From Candidatus Calescibacterium sp. (GTDB lineage Bacteria; Calescibacteriota; Calescibacteriia; Calescibacteriales; Calescibacteriaceae): DNA of 64,000 bases. Below the pieces are notes generated by a model that saw only the letters and a program-made list of their open reading frames with translations, had not been told where the DNA came from and did not search any database. Positions 60,407 through 64,000 of this stretch are shown here, in pieces. The stretch's first letter is position 1. The number at the start of each line of letters is the position of its first letter. The position numbers and the translations under genes were made by a program. Location of the stretch: NCBI GenBank assembly GCA_032249135.1, contig JAVVGL010000003.1:32001-96000 (forward strand), given 5' to 3'.

Positions 60407-61672
60407 TCTCCTTGAAACAAACTCAGCAATAGAGGTTATTGGATCTGGGAATTTACAAACTTCGGGCTGATAAGAAAGTTCAAATCTTCTTATCTCATCA
60501 ATCTTTATTTTCTTTTTTATGCAGATATAGAATATGTCAAGAAGATGTCTTATTTCTGATCTCAGATTTGAAAAACCCTGGACATCTACGATATTTCCTT
60601 TATCATCAACCTCAACTGAAACTACCATTCTATCATCAGCAGAAAAAGGCAAGACTTTCAAGTCAAGTGTAAATGTTGATGTTTTTTCTGGTTTATTTAT
60701 TATTGCTACTTTACCTATTTCAAATCCGAAAGCCTTTATAAGACAAGGAGCAACCATTTTTTCATATTTTTCTGATGGTTCTTTACCCTGAATTATAGCC
60801 CACATGTTTCTTGCCGCAACTCTTGCTTGTTCAGCAGCAATCGGAGCAACTCTTGGAACATCAAAATCTTCAATACAATCTCCCGCAGCAAAAATATAAT
60901 CATATGAAGAATTATCTCTCTCATTCTTTACTCTCATATATTCATCCACTTTGATTTTATGCGGAAGTGGGTTATTAGGTATAAAACCAACGGAAAATAT
61001 TACGAAGTCTGAATCAAGATTTTGAGGATTTTCTACTTTTTGTCCAAAGTGAAATTTCACAGGGTGTTTTTTTTCTTCAACTATCTTTTTTTGTATATAT
61101 TCAAGGAGTTTTTGAGAGAGGTCTTTTTTTAGGAACCTCGGAAGAATCTGATCTCCCATTTCAAAAACTTCAACTTCTGAATGAGTAGATAAAGCACTTG
61201 CTAACTCAATCCCCAATATACCTGCTCCTATTATAAAGATATTTTTTGCATTTTGAAGTCTTTTTTTTATCTCAACAACATCTTCGTATTTTGTAGCTTT
61301 GAAAACTTTGTTTGAAAATTTTTGATCTTTTGGGATTGGTGTTTCACCTCCTGTGGCTATGAAAATAAAATCAAAGCTCATTTTTTCTACCCCACCGTCT
61401 TTTAAGAATGATATTTCCCTTTTTTCTGGTTCAACTTCTAAAACTTCCGCTTGAATAACTTTTATATCTTTGAGATTTATAGGTTCTATCAAATCTTCTG
61501 GATTTATTTTCCCTTCCAGTGCTTCTGGGATTGAGCATGGATGGAAAATTTTTGCTCCTCTTTTTTCAAACAGAGTTACATCACACTTCAAATTAGCTTT
61601 AAGTCTTCTCAGCTCGGTTATAAATGTTATACCTGCCGTTCCGAGACCTAATACTGCAACTTTTACTTTCAT
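60392..61672 (-). CDS. FAD-dependent pyridine nucleotide-disulfide oxidoreductase (NADH oxidase/CoADR-like)
   Basis: GLGTAG, single redox Cys (HPCSIP), ATGG, GAGILGIE, FAAGDC, SYQP. Confidence 0.85.
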   Translation of the reverse strand: MKVKVAVLGLGTAGITFITELRRLKANLKCDVTLFEKRGAKIFHPCSIPEALEGKINPEDLIEPINLKDIKVIQAEVLEVEPEKREISFLKDGGVEKMSFDFIFIATGGETPIPKDQKFSNKVFKATKYEDVVEIKKRLQNAKNIFIIGAGILGIELASALSTHSEVEVFEMGDQILPRFLKKDLSQKLLEYIQKKIVEEKKHPVKFHFGQKVENPQNLDSDFVIFSVGFIPNNPLPHKIKVDEYMRVKNERDNSSYDYIFAAGDCIEDFDVPRVAPIAAEQARVAARNMWAIIQGKEPSEKYEKMVAPCLIKAFGFEIGKVAIINKPEKTSTFTLDLKVLPFSADDRMVVSVEVDDKGNIVDVQGFSNLRSEIRHLLDIFYICIKKKIKIDEIRRFELSYQPEVCKFPDPITSIAEFVSRRLNFQ

Positions 61673-61698
61673 GACCTGAAAATTTAATTACACTTTGA

Positions 61699-61881
61699 TC
61701 ATTTTTTGAATCTATCCAAGGATTCTTGTAAAGCTTTATTTTCATCTCTTACAACAATCTGCCCCAGTTGTTCGGCTATTTCATAATGTTTATGCGTATC
61801 CTTCACAACTTTTATAACCTCGTTCATATCAAATGTGTCTGCTTCATATTTTTCATCATCAACTATTAAAACCTTAGCCAT
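61699..61881 (-). pseudogene. internally deleted tandem copy of the response regulator (60-aa ORF)
   Basis: Residues 1-16 joined in frame to residue 106 onward of 61963-62433. Confidence 0.8.
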
Positions 61882-61962
61882 ACTTACAATTTATTATTTT
61901 TTTCTTTTTTGCTTTTTTTAGCTTTTTAATTCCTTTGTTAAAAAGCGGGAGCTATTTTAATG

Positions 61963-62433
61963 TCACTTTTTGAGAATCTCCAATGTTTTTCTGAGCCTCT
62001 CTAAAGATTCTTGTAAAGCTTTATTTTCATCTCTTACAACAACTTGTCCCGACTGTTTGGCTCTTTCATAATGTTTATGTGCATCTTTTACAACTCTTAT
62101 AACCTCGTTCATATCAAAAGGTTTTTTAAGACATGCGTAAGCTCCTGATTTTATAGCTTCCTTAAAAGCTTCAAGAGAAGGGTAGCCAGTAACGAGAACT
62201 ATTTGTGCATAAGATTTCAAATCATTCTTTGCTCTCTTAATAAAATCAAGTCCACTCATTCCTGGTAAGTTCTTGTCTAATAAAACAACTGCTATATCTT
62301 TATCAAGTTGAAGTTTTCTCAATCCAATCTCCCCAGTTGGTGCCCAATCCGTCTCATATCCTGCAAGTTGGCATATCTCTGCTAAAACATCAGCTACATC
62401 TTTCTCATCATCAACTATTAGGACCTTAGCCAT
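61963..62433 (-). CDS. response regulator (receiver plus C-terminal coiled coil)
   Basis: VDDE, LLDKNLP, VTG, KP. Confidence 0.93.
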   Translation of the reverse strand: MAKVLIVDDEKDVADVLAEICQLAGYETDWAPTGEIGLRKLQLDKDIAVVLLDKNLPGMSGLDFIKRAKNDLKSYAQIVLVTGYPSLEAFKEAIKSGAYACLKKPFDMNEVIRVVKDAHKHYERAKQSGQVVVRDENKALQESLERLRKTLEILKK

Positions 62434-63172
62434 CTTTTACCACCTCCTTGGGCAAGATTATTTCGAAAATCGTTTTCATATTTTCAAGGTTTTCTTTTAT
62501 AATATAATCTTTTTTTTTCATAAATTTATTCAAATGATTGCTATTGAGCAACCTTATTTTTCCACCAATTCTTGATAAAATTTTCTTCACTATATATAGT
62601 CCCATTCCAGTTCCTCCCTCTTTTGTTGTAAAGAAAGGATCAAATATCTTTTTTCTTATATCATCCGGGATCCCAGGACCGGAATCAGCAATAAAGATAG
62701 AAAGTTTATTGTTTTTTTCTCTGCAAAATATTTTTATTGTTTTTTCTGGGGAATTTTCAAGAGCATCTGCAGCGTTTGATATGAGATTTATAAAAACCTG
62801 ATCTATTAACTTCCTTTCACCTTTTAACTTTATTTCAGGTATATCAACTTCAAAATTTATTCCAGAAAGCTTTTTTCCAAGAATTTTTCTGGCGAACTCA
62901 ACTGAATCACTTATGTAAAAATCCTCCTGCCCCAAATCTCCTTTAGCTTTATAAAGTTTTCGGAAAGCTTCTACCATATCAGATGCCTGATTTACAAGCT
63001 CAACAATTTTCAAAAATTTGTCTTTTGCTTTGCTATCGATTGTTATTTGAGCTCCTATCTCAGCATTCCCTTTTATAGCAGTAAGATAGTTTCTTATATC
63101 ATGAATTATAGAAGATGTGAGCAAAGATAATCCGGCCAATTCTTCTAACCTTCTTTTTCTTTCCTTATTCAT
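62426..63172 (-). CDS. histidine kinase without an obvious sensor domain
   Basis: HDIRNYL, NLISNA, DSGPG, FDPFFTTKEGGTGMGL; start placed at MNKER. Confidence 0.9.
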   Translation of the reverse strand: MNKERKRRLEELAGLSLLTSSIIHDIRNYLTAIKGNAEIGAQITIDSKAKDKFLKIVELVNQASDMVEAFRKLYKAKGDLGQEDFYISDSVEFARKILGKKLSGINFEVDIPEIKLKGERKLIDQVFINLISNAADALENSPEKTIKIFCREKNNKLSIFIADSGPGIPDDIRKKIFDPFFTTKEGGTGMGLYIVKKILSRIGGKIRLLNSNHLNKFMKKKDYIIKENLENMKTIFEIILPKEVVKDG

Positions 63173-63293
63173 TTGAATAAACTCCCTTGAAATTTTTAAA
63201 TAAATGAATAATTTAATCTTAGGTGAGCGTTTTTTCACGTCTTGCGATAAATAGGGAGAGGTTTTATTCTTTACTCTTAAGTTTTTACATCCA

Positions 63294-64000
63294 TCAAATT
63301 TTTCCTTCAATTTTCTCCTTTATTTTTCTTTTGACCATCCCCTTTTCCAGAAAATATCTTATCGCATCTTTTACTGCATCTTCAATAGGAGATATTGTAT
63401 ATCCCAATTCCTTTATCGCTTTTTCTGACGAGTAAAATAGATTAAGAAGAGATGCTCTTGCCTGTGCACGGGTTATCAATGGTGGATTTCCCGAAATCTT
63501 TGCCCACAATTCAAGAATAAATCCAACAATCTGTCCTAAAAAAGAAGACAAATGGCGAGGTAATTTCAAAGGTTTTCTCAATCCGGTTATACGAGAAAGA
63601 ATATCAAAAAATTCAGATAAAAATATGTTATGTCCCCCGAGAATATAAATCTCACCTTTTTTTCCTTTTTCAAGAGCAAGAACATGCCCCCGAGCAACAT
63701 CTTTTACATTCACAAAAGAAAACCCTACATCTGAATAAAAAGGAATTTCCCTGTTGAGAAATTTGAGTATGAGAAGTCCCGTTGGAGTTGGCTTGTAATC
63801 TCCCCAACCTATTGGAGCAGAAGGACAAACTATCACAATATCAGCTCCCTCCTTTATTTTTCTTATAACCTCTTTTTGAGCCAAAATTTTACTCCGAGCA
63901 TAATGATCTCCCAAATTCCATGGGTCAAAATACCATTTTGGCGGATTTTCAAGTGCAGTTTCATCTATGGGATTTGAATCCCGTGATAATCCTATTGCTC
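63294..64000 (-). CDS. NAD-dependent epimerase/dehydratase (HpnA/DFR-like), 5'-partial
   Basis: YARSK, PSAPIGWGD.KPTPTG, V.V.DVA.GH; frame open to the window edge. Confidence 0.85.
   Translation of the reverse strand, partial: AIGLSRDSNPIDETALENPPKWYFDPWNLGDHYARSKILAQKEVIRKIKEGADIVIVCPSAPIGWGDYKPTPTGLLILKFLNREIPFYSDVGFSFVNVKDVARGHVLALEKGKKGEIYILGGHNIFLSEFFDILSRITGLRKPLKLPRHLSSFLGQIVGFILELWAKISGNPPLITRAQARASLLNLFYSSEKAIKELGYTISPIEDAVKDAIRYFLEKGMVKRKIKEKIEGKI

Noticed and set aside
1-64000. CRISPR array or cas genes
   Set aside because: All short repeats found occur only twice, with no repeat-spacer periodicity; no Cas motifs recognised

Overview
AT-rich chromosomal window from a diderm (kdsB, GT9, tolQ), flagellated and chemotactic (flhG, two flagellins, cheA) bacterium with an A-family haem-copper oxidase. 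The K/E/I-rich proteins suggest a thermophile (inference). Most genes are housekeeping (lysS, pheS, lon, purM, pgk, mtnA, rpsS-rplV-rpsC, rimO, infB, iscS, xerD, tRNA-Phe), but normally conserved operons are broken into isolated genes. Main points of interest: (1) two paralogous Rpn/YhgA-like PD-(D/E)XK genes, each with a conserved internal SD+ATG that could yield a ~90-aa C-terminal protein (intragenic-antitoxin architecture); one copy is flanked by a 35-bp direct repeat of the iscS 3' end and the other is followed by a collapsed duplicate of the internal start region; (2) a cytochrome c oxidase that keeps the D-channel and metal ligands but appears to lack the K-channel residues and has Phe for the conserved Gly before the CuB His; (3) two flagellin genes identical over ~1.23 kb that bracket rpsU and tRNA-Phe, with the rpsU stop codon inside the tRNA; (4) a methyltransferase/ATP-grasp fusion, a GltF/CglF-like small exported protein, a nonsense-interrupted hydrolase and an internally deleted response-regulator copy. 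All calls come from motif reading by eye; no searches were run. No CRISPR array, rRNA or intact prophage was seen.
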